A stretch of DNA of 64,000 bases from the IMG/VR virus record IMGVR_UViG_3300025162_000016, positions 124,001 to 188,000 of that record, one strand, 5' to 3'. Shown here one piece after another: positions 38,764 through 48,704 of this stretch. The notes beneath the pieces were generated by a model. That model was not told the DNA's origin. It saw nothing but the letters and a program-made list of their open reading frames with translations, and made no database searches. Numbering within the stretch: the first letter of the stretch is position 1; each line of letters starts with the position of its first letter. The position numbers and the translations under genes were made by a program.

Positions 38764-41544
38764 ATGAGTTCACTCGTACTAATTCCATGGGAACCACATT
38801 GCTGGGACAATGCGATACAAACCGAGCTTAATCGGCGTTCGGTTAACAGAAGTTTAAATTATATTGAAAATTCCGGTGCAACTTGGAAGGCAGATACCGA
38901 TGATTGGAATTCTTATAAAGGTCCGATGACTTCATGGGTCAGGGTATGTTCAAATGGATATGGATTGGAGAACAAGAATAAGAATAAGGATAAACCGGGA
39001 TTTGTTCTATATGGAGGGAAAGATTTTTATTCTACATATGGATTCAATACCGGAGTTAAAAGCGGAGATGGATCTAGCAATGAGAGTATTATTGGATATA
39101 CCCCGAATGGAATGCCACATATAGTTGATAATAGTTTAATTAATAATAATTATCCAATTCATGTTCCGGTTCCAGAAATTGAAAAAATATCTGCTACTAT
39201 TCAAAAAGAAATTTTGCGGCGGGTTAATATTGAATGGACGTGTTTTTCTTCCAAGCAATTGGAATATATGACTCCTTATTTTTTGGTACCGGGTATTTCA
39301 GTTATTGTTGAGTGGGGATGGAATCATTTTAACCCGTTGTCGTTATTGGATTTGGTTAAAACAGATAACCTTTCTTATCTTTTTAATAATCCATATTCTT
39401 TGTATACTGATAATGTTTTAGATTCCAAAGGAAACTATGAAGTGGTGTTTGGAATTATAACAAATTTTGAGTGGTCGATAGATGGAAATAAAATTAAATG
39501 TAGAACTGAAATTACTACAAAGGATCGGCTTTGGGCGGGATTGGCGGTTAACTCACATATGATTGAAAAAGATACCGAAATACCCGATACAGGTTCCGAT
39601 AAGGGAAAAATAAAATCCGAGTCCAGAGTTATTGACTCTTTGAGACAATTTGTAGACAGTTATGTTGATGGATTTATTAGTTTAGTGAATACAAAAGAAG
39701 ATGATGGAGATAAAGCTATCAATAGTTTTTTGAATACTGTTGGTAAATCTAATCAAGAAGTTATTACGCAATTCGAAGCGAAAAAAAATGCTGCTCCTAT
39801 TCCTTCTCCGCTTTTCTTAATGAATCCGGTATGGGCGGGATTAATGCCCCCCGAAATGCCTGTGGCGGAACCTGTTAAATCTCAATCTTCTAATCCGGAA
39901 ACTCCTCTCGTAAATCCGATGGAGAGTTTTATTAAATATATTAAAATCGCTCATCCTGATAATTACTTGGAATATTTGTTTGGAATTTTTAATGGTAGAA
40001 AAAGGGTCAGATCTAGTTCTCCTATGGGTGGTTATATTGCTAGTTATTCTGAATTAAATGATTGGGATTATTCCAATTCCGATATTAAATCGTGCTGGAT
40101 AAACATGGGATTAATCGTAGAGATTATTAATTATCATTCATCGGGATTGATAGGTGTAAAAGATGCTCCGATGTTTAGCATTGATATAGACGATTGTATT
40201 ATTAATGCGCATCCCAATCTTATTTCTACTAATAGCAGTAATCTTTTGATACCTAATCCAGTTGCTCCTAAATATTTTGAAGGTAAATTCGGATATGATG
40301 CAAATAAAGAAGATGCCGATGCAAAAAAATACCAAGCTGCATTTAAAGTAACTTCGGTCTCTAAACCATATTCTAACACGCCATTAGATCCGAATAGAAC
40401 ACCCTCTGATATATCCTATGCCGATCATAGATTGCGAAAAATCGTTTATCCGATGGGGGATACGAAAAGAGATGATCTTTCTCAGTTTATTAATTCTAAT
40501 AGAAGCGTACTTAGTCAAAAATCGATACGTAAAACCCCTTTTGATTTCCCGTTCAAAGAGGAATATAATGATATTACGGACGGTGAAAATAATTCTAGAA
40601 AAAGACCTGCATATTTTACGGGTCTTTTGAAAAATTTATATATTAATACAGAGGCATTTAAAAATATGTTAAAGGGGCTTGATCCCGGAGTATTTTATGA
40701 AAAATTATATGAAGAACTTTTTAAATTGATAAACGGTGCTGCGGCGAATTTTTGGGATTTTAAAATAACTGCGGCGACGGGTAGACATTCTACCGGTAAC
40801 GTAGCTAAAATGAAAATAATTGATCAGAATATGACTCAATATACCGGAAATGAAGGGGAAAAGGTTTATACATTTGATTATTATGGTGCCGATAGTTTAA
40901 TTAAATCAATGGTTTTTAGGCCCATGTTAAGTAATGCTCAAGCTATCCGAACTATATATGCTCAAGTAGCTGCGAATAATACAAAAAAAATAGTATTGAG
41001 CGATGAGGCATCTTTGTTAGATCCTAAATTTAAAGATAGACTTTTTAGCTCTAGTGATGTGTCTTCTAATAAAGGTCGCAGTGAGCGGTTTGGAAGTGAT
41101 TCGCATCAAAAAACAATGGCACAAATCCAAGGATTAAAACCAATTAGTGCAGAAGTACTTCAGATGTCTAGTAAAAAACCCGACGGAAAAGTTCTAATTG
41201 TTCGGCTCGCTATTCCAAAAAACAATTCAGATTTGTTGTCTTTATTATTAGATGATGAAGATGAACAATATAATCCTAAATATACCGGAATTATGCCTAA
41301 TATTCAAGCGGAGTTTACGATTCAGGGGATTGCGGGACTCCGCACGTTTGGGATGTTCAGAGTTAGGGGATTGCCCGACCCCTATTCCGAAGAAAATATT
41401 GTATTTCGTATTGTGAATGTTCAAGATACTATTCAAGGTGGTCAATGGGTAACAAATATCGTCGCCGGTATTATTCCGCTGCGTGGATACATGCGAGATA
41501 AATTAGGACTGCCGCCTAAAGAAGTGCCTGCAAGCGGCAAATAA
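38764..41544 (+). CDS. Baseplate hub protein (gp27/P2 D-like)
   Basis: Position after LysM gene; YFLVPGISVIVEWGW, FGIITNFEWS and C-terminal AEFTIQGIAGLR...FRIVNVQDTIQGGQWVTNI beta-rich motifs. Confidence 0.65.
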   Translation: MSSLVLIPWEPHCWDNAIQTELNRRSVNRSLNYIENSGATWKADTDDWNSYKGPMTSWVRVCSNGYGLENKNKNKDKPGFVLYGGKDFYSTYGFNTGVKSGDGSSNESIIGYTPNGMPHIVDNSLINNNYPIHVPVPEIEKISATIQKEILRRVNIEWTCFSSKQLEYMTPYFLVPGISVIVEWGWNHFNPLSLLDLVKTDNLSYLFNNPYSLYTDNVLDSKGNYEVVFGIITNFEWSIDGNKIKCRTEITTKDRLWAGLAVNSHMIEKDTEIPDTGSDKGKIKSESRVIDSLRQFVDSYVDGFISLVNTKEDDGDKAINSFLNTVGKSNQEVITQFEAKKNAAPIPSPLFLMNPVWAGLMPPEMPVAEPVKSQSSNPETPLVNPMESFIKYIKIAHPDNYLEYLFGIFNGRKRVRSSSPMGGYIASYSELNDWDYSNSDIKSCWINMGLIVEIINYHSSGLIGVKDAPMFSIDIDDCIINAHPNLISTNSSNLLIPNPVAPKYFEGKFGYDANKEDADAKKYQAAFKVTSVSKPYSNTPLDPNRTPSDISYADHRLRKIVYPMGDTKRDDLSQFINSNRSVLSQKSIRKTPFDFPFKEEYNDITDGENNSRKRPAYFTGLLKNLYINTEAFKNMLKGLDPGVFYEKLYEELFKLINGAAANFWDFKITAATGRHSTGNVAKMKIIDQNMTQYTGNEGEKVYTFDYYGADSLIKSMVFRPMLSNAQAIRTIYAQVAANNTKKIVLSDEASLLDPKFKDRLFSSSDVSSNKGRSERFGSDSHQKTMAQIQGLKPISAEVLQMSSKKPDGKVLIVRLAIPKNNSDLLSLLLDDEDEQYNPKYTGIMPNIQAEFTIQGIAGLRTFGMFRVRGLPDPYSEENIVFRIVNVQDTIQGGQWVTNIVAGIIPLRGYMRDKLGLPPKEVPASGK

Positions 41545-41585
41545 AAAAAGTTGAGATTTCTGAGAAGTACGGTAAAGTTCCTAAA

Positions 41586-42941
41586 ATGATCGAATCGTGG
41601 GAACAATGGTTTCAATTTATCAGCACGTCAATAAACGACGATTTGCTGTTACATGTGATTCCTCTTCATGATAATGTTCATTCTGCCCGTAATTCCCCCT
41701 GTTTGTTATTCATTCGGAATTTATCCAAAGGAAAAACTTATTATTATGGGTTCAATCATCCGGATATAAAAACCCCGAAGCCAGTTGATCATCAATCGAT
41801 TATAGATACCCTCGACCAGTTGCAAGGAATTAAATGGGCGGTTGATAAAAAAGCATTTTCTCATTTAATTCCAATTAAAGAGACGTATGATGTAGGAATG
41901 ATAGGATATTTATCCAATAATAAAATTCTAGAATTAAGTGAGTTTGATACACCGGCACATTCTCTTATTCGCAGAAATTTTTCGGATAGACCCGACTACG
42001 GTAAGCTTGTTCCGCTAACAAAACATCTGGAATCTTTTTCTGAATTGGCGGAGGTCTGTGAAAAAAGTATTAAAAAGATGTCTAATATCGGGGACTCATT
42101 TAAACAATTTAATCGACTGATAATAGAGCCGTTAGCAGAAGTCGAAAGCCAAGGACTGGCGATAAATCCGGCGATATTTCGAGAGCATTTTGGGGATATA
42201 TGTATAAATTCAGGGAAGGTATATACTCAATATAATGTTTATACTGCCACGGGAAGACCGTCTAATCGATTTGGGGGTATCAATTACGCTGCTTTAAATA
42301 AAGAAGATGGATCTAGAAAAGCATTTATTTCTAGATTTGGTGATAACGGTAAACTTATTTTAATTGATTATTCTGCTTTTCATCCTCGAATTGTTTCTTT
42401 ATTAACTCATTATCCGATTTCGACTTCAATCGATATCTACGAATATCTTGCTACGCTTTATTTTAATAAAAAAGAAGTCGATGAAACTGATATTGCCAAT
42501 GCAAAACAGATTACTTTTAGACAATTTTTTGGCGGAGTTCAATCGGAATATGCTCATATTAAATATTTGGCCCACTTAAAGGATTTCATTGATTATCATT
42601 GGGGATTTTTCAATCAATATGGGTATGTTGAAACTCCATTATTTAAACGCCGAATTTCCAATAAACATGTTAAAGAACCTAAGCCCGCTACTATATTTAA
42701 TTATATTATGCAGGCAGTGGAAGGAGAGATTTCCATTCCGGTGTTGGGAATGGTGAATAATCTTTTAAGAAATAAAAGAAGTAAATGCGTTTTATACACA
42801 TATGATTCTTTTTTAATAGATTATTGCTTAGATGACGGAAACATTTTGACAGAAATTCGTGAAGAGATGAGTCTAGATGGGAAATTCCCTACGAAGGTTT
42901 ATATGGGAGATAATTATCATGATATGGATTTGATAGTATAA
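41586..42941 (+). CDS. polA: Compact family A DNA polymerase
   Basis: TATGRPSN, motif A LIDYSAFHPRI, motif B AKQITFRQFFGG, NYIMQAVE, motif C LYTYDSFL; only 451 aa. Confidence 0.82.
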   Translation: MIESWEQWFQFISTSINDDLLLHVIPLHDNVHSARNSPCLLFIRNLSKGKTYYYGFNHPDIKTPKPVDHQSIIDTLDQLQGIKWAVDKKAFSHLIPIKETYDVGMIGYLSNNKILELSEFDTPAHSLIRRNFSDRPDYGKLVPLTKHLESFSELAEVCEKSIKKMSNIGDSFKQFNRLIIEPLAEVESQGLAINPAIFREHFGDICINSGKVYTQYNVYTATGRPSNRFGGINYAALNKEDGSRKAFISRFGDNGKLILIDYSAFHPRIVSLLTHYPISTSIDIYEYLATLYFNKKEVDETDIANAKQITFRQFFGGVQSEYAHIKYLAHLKDFIDYHWGFFNQYGYVETPLFKRRISNKHVKEPKPATIFNYIMQAVEGEISIPVLGMVNNLLRNKRSKCVLYTYDSFLIDYCLDDGNILTEIREEMSLDGKFPTKVYMGDNYHDMDLIV

Positions 42942-42999
42942 TTTTCATTTGCTTTTGGCATTTTAGGAGATATTTATAATCGTATAATGTCTCTTGAAC

Positions 43000-43980
43000 A
43001 TGTCTAATATCATTGATCAAATTTTAAACGAAGTCTGTTTGGATGAACGCATTCCAGATGGAATTTTCGATATGTCCAATTCACTTCACATGGAAGCGTT
43101 ATTGGAAAACCTTACAACTGAACATCAAATCCCCGTTAATGATGCCAAAGCGATTCATAATAAACTTATCGAGGGAAAATACCCGGAGCGCCAGGCGTAC
43201 AACCGAGATGGGCTGTTGGTAACATTTCCTACTCCTCAACATAAGGCCAGAGCTATTGCAAGAGGGACGCATTTTGAGAAAGATCCAACACTCGGAAAGA
43301 CAGATATGTTTGCCGGGGGACAGCCTCCTGCACAAGGTCAGCCTCAAGTGCCTGCGCAAGGACAACCAGCGACGGATGCTCCATCTCAAAATCTTTTTCC
43401 GCCACCGCAACCGCCTCCGCAGCCACCGCCTCCGCAGCCACCGCAACCGCCTCCGCAGCCACCGCCTCCGCAGCCACCGCAACCGCCTCCGCAACCGCCT
43501 CCGCAACCGCAACCTGCACCAGCGCAAGGTGCAAGTCAACTTCCTGCATCCAATATTCCATCGGCGACATCTTCCCCTGCTGCGGTATCATTGTTGCCGC
43601 CATCGGATCAACAGTCGGCGGGATCGGATCGACAAGGACTATCTGTAGAACCAGCGCCAGCGCCAACCGGAGCAGCGGCTCCTGTTCCTCCTCCTAATTT
43701 TGATACTAAAAAAACTCCGCAACAGCGATCGGCGGAAGCACAGGTCGTAAAACAAATGATGCGGGGTGATAATACTAATAATCAACAGGAAATTCGACCA
43801 TCTCCAATTACTGAACTCCAGAATATGAGTGGGGATGCGATTACAATAGCAGAGGTAATTAATACGTATTCCAAAGATGCTAATAATAAGAATGATCCTA
43901 CGTTAAATAGACAAACTTTAATTAAGATACAATCATTATCTGGGATGCTGGTAATAAAACTAAAAGAAATTCCAAGATAA
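43000..43980 (+). CDS. Hypothetical putative virion protein with Pro/Gln-rich tract (start revised to ATG 43000)
   Basis: TATTTATA at 42971; N-terminal IIDQILNEVCLDE helix; EGKYPERQAYNRDGLLVTFPTP; PPQPPPQ tract ~43400-43520. Confidence 0.6.
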   Translation: MSNIIDQILNEVCLDERIPDGIFDMSNSLHMEALLENLTTEHQIPVNDAKAIHNKLIEGKYPERQAYNRDGLLVTFPTPQHKARAIARGTHFEKDPTLGKTDMFAGGQPPAQGQPQVPAQGQPATDAPSQNLFPPPQPPPQPPPPQPPQPPPQPPPPQPPQPPPQPPPQPQPAPAQGASQLPASNIPSATSSPAAVSLLPPSDQQSAGSDRQGLSVEPAPAPTGAAAPVPPPNFDTKKTPQQRSAEAQVVKQMMRGDNTNNQQEIRPSPITELQNMSGDAITIAEVINTYSKDANNKNDPTLNRQTLIKIQSLSGMLVIKLKEIPR

Positions 43981-43990
43981 ATTCGCAGTT

Positions 43991-44386
43991 ATGACAATGT
44001 TTCAAGATAACCGACAATTATTGTGTACCTTTTCAACGGTAGCTGATTTTCAAAAAATAATTCAAGAAATCCTTTCTTTCTATGAAATATATAATAAACG
44101 AGTATTCGTTTTTTCTAATATTAAAAATCCCAAAGAAATTTTTCTAACCTATAACGTCCTTAATATGCGCCGGGACGCTCCTAAATTTCCCAATACTATT
44201 CTTATTCACCGGAAAAAAGAATTTAATGTATTATATACGCTTAATAGTATGAATCGTCTTATTGAAGAAGAAAATGGCTCATTCGATAGAACATATCAGG
44301 TAAATTGGAAGCTTTATGCGAATTCTCTCATTATAACCGGTGATATTTCAGTACGAATTATCCCACTGAAAATCCATCGGAGTTAG
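43991..44386 (+). CDS. Hypothetical protein (131 aa)
   Basis: Clean ORF (QLLCTFS...TILIHRKKEFNVLYTLNSMN) upstream of the SSB gene. Confidence 0.65.
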   Translation: MTMFQDNRQLLCTFSTVADFQKIIQEILSFYEIYNKRVFVFSNIKNPKEIFLTYNVLNMRRDAPKFPNTILIHRKKEFNVLYTLNSMNRLIEEENGSFDRTYQVNWKLYANSLIITGDISVRIIPLKIHRS

Positions 44387-44550
44387 TCTTTTCAAAAAAA
44401 TAACTGCTTTCGGGATAAAATAAGTTGTGAAAAACGTTTTTTCTGATATCGTCTCTATGTATAAAAGGTAACAGAGTTAGAGACTTAACATGTTAGTTAA
44501 CGATTTGACTCGATTACCTAATTAACTAATTAAATATAAGAAATAAACAA

Positions 44551-45450
44551 ATGAACTTAGATTTCATCAAAAACAAGTTGGATGCCTTACAAGGTAAAAA
44601 CAAACAAAGTTCCAAATTTTGGAAACCTTCTGAAGGGGAACAAAAAGTCCGTATTCTTCCATATAAATTCAATCGTGAAAATCCATTCACTGAATTGAAG
44701 TTTTATTATTACAGGCAAGCTAACGGAACTACTAAAACGTTTCTTTCTCCTAGCGTAAATGGAAATCCAGACCCCGTTCTGGAGTTTTGTGAAAAGTTGC
44801 GTGGTACCGGTTCTAAAGAGAATTGGGTTCTATCTAAATCGTATGAACCCAAGCTTCGGACCTATGTCCCCGTTATTGTACGTGGACAAGAGGATCAGGG
44901 CGTAAAGTTTTGGGGGTTTGGAAAGACTGTGTACGAAGCCATCTTAGAGAAGATGAGCAATCCTGACATCGGCGATATTACTGACCTCGAAAATGGAAAT
45001 GATCTTATTATTAAGTTCACGAAACTTCCACCTACTGGTAAGAAGTATCCCGATACTAAGATTGATGTACGTTTTAAGAAGACGCCTGCGGTTGACCCCT
45101 CTAATAATGACTTGATGGCAAAAATCCAGGATCAAGTGGATGTTATGACGCTCTTTACCGAGCCAAATTATGCTGAACTCAAGCAGGAATTTGAAAATCA
45201 TATCAACCCTGATAATGATCAAGCACCAGAGATTGAATCGGAGGTTCCCACTGATCAGGGTGGGAATGTAGAAGTAGATGAAACCTCTGCTCCTGCAAAA
45301 ACGTTGAGTCCGACTGAACCCAGTGAGAACGATACTGGCGCAGTTGTGTCTCCATCGGCGGAAAAAGCTGCATCTGTTGCCCTTTCGCCGGAAGACATGA
45401 AAGCAAAATTCAAGCAAATGTTTGCTAATGCTGCTACGGCAAAGGTGTAA
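44551..45450 (+). CDS. Single-stranded DNA-binding protein (T4 gp32-like)
   Basis: FWKPSEG..VRILP, DPVLEF, VPVIVRG...GVKFWGFGKTVY, DITDLENGNDL, acidic C-terminal tail. Confidence 0.85.
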   Translation: MNLDFIKNKLDALQGKNKQSSKFWKPSEGEQKVRILPYKFNRENPFTELKFYYYRQANGTTKTFLSPSVNGNPDPVLEFCEKLRGTGSKENWVLSKSYEPKLRTYVPVIVRGQEDQGVKFWGFGKTVYEAILEKMSNPDIGDITDLENGNDLIIKFTKLPPTGKKYPDTKIDVRFKKTPAVDPSNNDLMAKIQDQVDVMTLFTEPNYAELKQEFENHINPDNDQAPEIESEVPTDQGGNVEVDETSAPAKTLSPTEPSENDTGAVVSPSAEKAASVALSPEDMKAKFKQMFANAATAKV

Positions 45451-45464
45451 TCATAGATAACAAT

Positions 45465-45503
45465 TCGGGAGTCTATCTATATGGTAGACTCCCGATTTCA
45501 TTT
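45465..45503 (+). terminator. Stem-loop/terminator after SSB gene
   Basis: TCGGGAGTCTATC-loop-GGTAGACTCCCGA followed by TTTCATTT. Confidence 0.7.
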
Positions 45504-45513
45504 AATTTATATT

Positions 45514-47118
45514 ATGGCAAAAACGAAATCAACTCACGTAGAACAAGATGAAACCGCAAGTCGAGATAAGTTGGCTACTTTTCTTCAAAAGGCTCTTAAT
45601 GGCCGACAAAAGGATGGTCAAAAAGTAGCTTATTTTTTGGATGAGAAAGAAGACCCCTCCAATGTAATTGATTGGGTATCAACTGGATGCACCATGTTAG
45701 ATTTGGCTATTTGTAATAGACCAAATGCCGGTCTTCCTGCCGGGAGAATTTCTGAATTCAATGGGCTCGAATCCTGTGTCACCGAAGATACCGAAATTGC
45801 AGTAAGAATTGGCGATGATGTAAAAATCTTAAATAAGTTTAAAATTGGTGACGTAAAACCCTTGATGGAACAAGGAATCCCTGTGGCGGTTTTAACTGTA
45901 AAAGAGGAATTTGTTAAAATCACAAAATATGTAGAAAAGGGATTACTTGATACATTTGAAGTATTTACTGAATACGGAAATAGTATTAAAGTAAGCCGTG
46001 AACACCGGTTTTTTACTAATGACGGTTGGGTGGAATGTAAAGATTTGATTCCAGGAAGACACTCTATTTTTTATCGTGAAGATGGATATACAAACGCATT
46101 ATCTTTTTGGAAAGTTACAGAAATATTTCCGATAGGAAAACATAACATTGTTGATATTACGGTCGATCATCCCGATCATTGTTATTTTGGTAATGGAATG
46201 TTAAATCATAATTCCGGGAAATCTTTACTATGTGCTCACATTATTGCAGAGACGCAGAAAAAAGGTGGATTTGCAGTTATGCTTGATCCGGAATACGCTG
46301 CGGCTCCTGATTTTTGGACCGCATTGGGCGTTTCTGTGAAAGATCTTCTTTATGTACCTTGTTCCTATTTGGAAGAGATGCTTGGGCATTTGGAAGCTAT
46401 TATCGGAGAGACTAGAAAAGAAAATCCCGATCGATTAGTTACCATTATTACGGATTCAATCGCCTCGGTTCCTACAAAGAAAGAACTTGAAGCTGATTAT
46501 GATGCCGCTGGGTATGGAACCGATAAATCTAAACTGCTTTCTTTAGCAATGAGAAAACTTAATGGACTTATTGCTCGACAACGGATTTGTGCGGTATTCA
46601 CAAATCAACTTCGACAAAATCTTAAAGCAGTATCATTTGGTGACCCCTATCTGGAACCGGGAGGTATGGCATTTCGGTATGCGGCAAGTGTGCGAGTTAG
46701 AACTAAAAATGTTGGTCGAGTATCTACTAAAGAAAAAGAAGTAATTGGTAGAACTATTCAAACTCAAGTGACAAAGACTCGATTCGGCCCGTCTTTCCGA
46801 ACAGCGTCTTTTGATATCCACTATGATAGCGGTATTCAAAATCTCGCAAGTTGGTTGGATTACATGAAAGATCATGGATTGATTACCGGCACAAAAGCGG
46901 GATATACATTTAAAATGTGTGATAATCAAATTCTTAATGCGAATGAATTTGTTCGTGTCGCCAATGAACAGCCCGAATTCAAAGAAAAAGTTTATAAATC
47001 CATTTGTGATAATTATATCATGGTATATCGTCCCGCAAACTCCAAAATAGATGAATCGGTAGAGCATTTAGAAGGAGATGGCAAAGATGAAGAAAAAGTA
47101 AAAGAGACTGTCGAATAA
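45514..47118 (+). CDS. recA: RecA/UvsX recombinase containing a mini-intein (start revised to ATG 45514)
   Basis: STGCTMLDLAI, GLPAGRISEF, P-loop GLES|SGKS split by the intein, DSIAS, FTNQLR, PGGMAFRYAASVR. Confidence 0.9.
   Translation: MAKTKSTHVEQDETASRDKLATFLQKALNGRQKDGQKVAYFLDEKEDPSNVIDWVSTGCTMLDLAICNRPNAGLPAGRISEFNGLESCVTEDTEIAVRIGDDVKILNKFKIGDVKPLMEQGIPVAVLTVKEEFVKITKYVEKGLLDTFEVFTEYGNSIKVSREHRFFTNDGWVECKDLIPGRHSIFYREDGYTNALSFWKVTEIFPIGKHNIVDITVDHPDHCYFGNGMLNHNSGKSLLCAHIIAETQKKGGFAVMLDPEYAAAPDFWTALGVSVKDLLYVPCSYLEEMLGHLEAIIGETRKENPDRLVTIITDSIASVPTKKELEADYDAAGYGTDKSKLLSLAMRKLNGLIARQRICAVFTNQLRQNLKAVSFGDPYLEPGGMAFRYAASVRVRTKNVGRVSTKEKEVIGRTIQTQVTKTRFGPSFRTASFDIHYDSGIQNLASWLDYMKDHGLITGTKAGYTFKMCDNQILNANEFVRVANEQPEFKEKVYKSICDNYIMVYRPANSKIDESVEHLEGDGKDEEKVKETVE
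45775..46212 (+). mobile_element. Mini-intein (146 aa) in the RecA Walker A loop
   Basis: Starts CVTEDT, ends VDITVDHPDHCYFGNGMLNHN, +1 residue Ser; no endonuclease motifs. Confidence 0.9.
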
Positions 47119-47120
47119 TT

Positions 47121-47345
47121 ATGAGAATTTCTAAATTGAAAATAAAACACGTAAATTCAACAAATTGTAAAAACAAGAAAGTATTTTGTTGGACTATTAC
47201 AAAGCATCTCTCGGATGGAAGAGCTATTGTAAAAATATTTCCATCTAGAGGCATTGCCAGAAAAAAGTTGAAAAAAATGAGAGAAGGATTGGAATATTCG
47301 AATATTAAATATCAGTTACACCGATCAATATTGTCGATAATATAA
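47121..47345 (+). CDS. Small basic hypothetical protein (74 aa)
   Basis: Fills the gap between recA and the exonuclease gene with 2- and 5-nt spacing. Confidence 0.5.
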   Translation: MRISKLKIKHVNSTNCKNKKVFCWTITKHLSDGRAIVKIFPSRGIARKKLKKMREGLEYSNIKYQLHRSILSII

Positions 47346-47350
47346 TTCAT

Positions 47351-48427
47351 ATGCCGTCCAAAGAAGAGAATGCAAGGGCATTCGGTTTATTTTCTCAATT
47401 CAAAAATGATTTAGTTCCTGATCAGGGATTAAATCGGAAGGTAAATGATAAAATTCTTTTGGTAGATGCGTTAAATTTATATTTAAGATGTTGGAATGCA
47501 AATCCAATGATGAACGACGACGGATTGCATACCGGAGGACTTGCGGGGTCTTTAAAATCCTTAGGCTATGCTATTAAGTCTATTAAACCTACTCGTTGCG
47601 TCATTATTTTCGACGGAGACGGCGGGTCTGAAAAAAGACGCAAAATATATCCTGAATATAAGATGCATCGCAAAAGTTCGATTCGACTTAATCGGACATA
47701 TGAAGAATTATCGGAAAAGGAGGGTGAAGAGGCTAGCAAGCTAAAACAACTTGTGCGTTTGGCGGAATATCTTCAACATCTTCCAGTTAATGTTTTAATT
47801 TCTAATGGAATTGAAGCAGATGATTCAATTGCATATTGTACCAATGAATTCTTTAAAGAATCGGACGTTATAATCATGTCGTCCGATAAAGACTTTCTGC
47901 AACTTGTTACTGATAGAGTAAAAGTTTGGAGCCCAACTAAAAAAATAATGTTTGGACCGGCTGAAGTGCTTCACGAATATGGAATTCATCCTAATAATTT
48001 TGTATTGTTTCGGGCAATGGATGGCGATCCCTCCGATAATATTAACGGGATTAAAGGAATAGGAATTAAAACCGTTATAAAGTATTTTCCTTTTATGTCC
48101 GATCCTACCCCCCGAGATGTAAAATATATAGTAGGATATGCTCAACAAAATAAAGGAAAAGTTAAGATTTATGAAAAAATAGTGGAGGGAGAACAAATAT
48201 TAGAAAGAAATTATCAATTGATGCAGTTAAAAGATTCAATTGCGTCCACTTTTTCTCAATTAAATATTAATGATTGTTTAACCAAATCAAAAATTCCTCG
48301 TTTGGATAGGTATGGTATGATTAAACTTATTACAGAAGATAAGTTATGGAATAATCTTCCTAACCACCAGACTTGGATTAATGAAACTTTTTCCGGTTTA
48401 GATTCAATGGCAAGATCGATACTATGA
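47351..48427 (+). CDS. 5'-3' exonuclease / T4 RNase H-like (FEN family)
   Basis: LLVDALN, IIFDG, RRKIYPEYKMHR, EADDSIAY, SSDKDFLQL, H3TH GDPSDNINGIKGIG. Confidence 0.9.
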   Translation: MPSKEENARAFGLFSQFKNDLVPDQGLNRKVNDKILLVDALNLYLRCWNANPMMNDDGLHTGGLAGSLKSLGYAIKSIKPTRCVIIFDGDGGSEKRRKIYPEYKMHRKSSIRLNRTYEELSEKEGEEASKLKQLVRLAEYLQHLPVNVLISNGIEADDSIAYCTNEFFKESDVIIMSSDKDFLQLVTDRVKVWSPTKKIMFGPAEVLHEYGIHPNNFVLFRAMDGDPSDNINGIKGIGIKTVIKYFPFMSDPTPRDVKYIVGYAQQNKGKVKIYEKIVEGEQILERNYQLMQLKDSIASTFSQLNINDCLTKSKIPRLDRYGMIKLITEDKLWNNLPNHQTWINETFSGLDSMARSIL

Positions 48428-48570
48428 AAACTTATAAATTAAAATTAAAACGGCAACATAAACGACATGAAAAACACGAATGGAAAAAACAAGCCGGTAA
48501 AGAAGTCTTCCAAGAAGAGTCCCTCAAAAAAGCCAAAATGCTTACCCCAGCTTCAGAAGATTTTGAGTAA
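48424..48570 (+). CDS. Small basic ORF (48 aa, MKTYKLKLKRQHKRHEKHEW...), not in the ORF track
   Basis: ATGA overlap with the exonuclease stop suggests translational coupling. Confidence 0.4.
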   Translation: MKTYKLKLKRQHKRHEKHEWKKQAGKEVFQEESLKKAKMLTPASEDFE

Positions 48571-48704
48571 TTATTTCAAATCTTTGAAATAAAATACAAT
48601 CAGTCGTTCCGATGGATTTTGACGCAAAAAAATCGCATCGGACTTATTATAAGTGGACTTTTGTGTAATAAGTGATATCTTCAACAGAAATACAGAATCT
48701 CAAT

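Noticed and set aside
43099-43666. Arg-rich and Ala/Val-rich ORFs in other frames and strands
   Set aside because: Shadows of the CCG/CAG low-complexity tract in ORF 43000.
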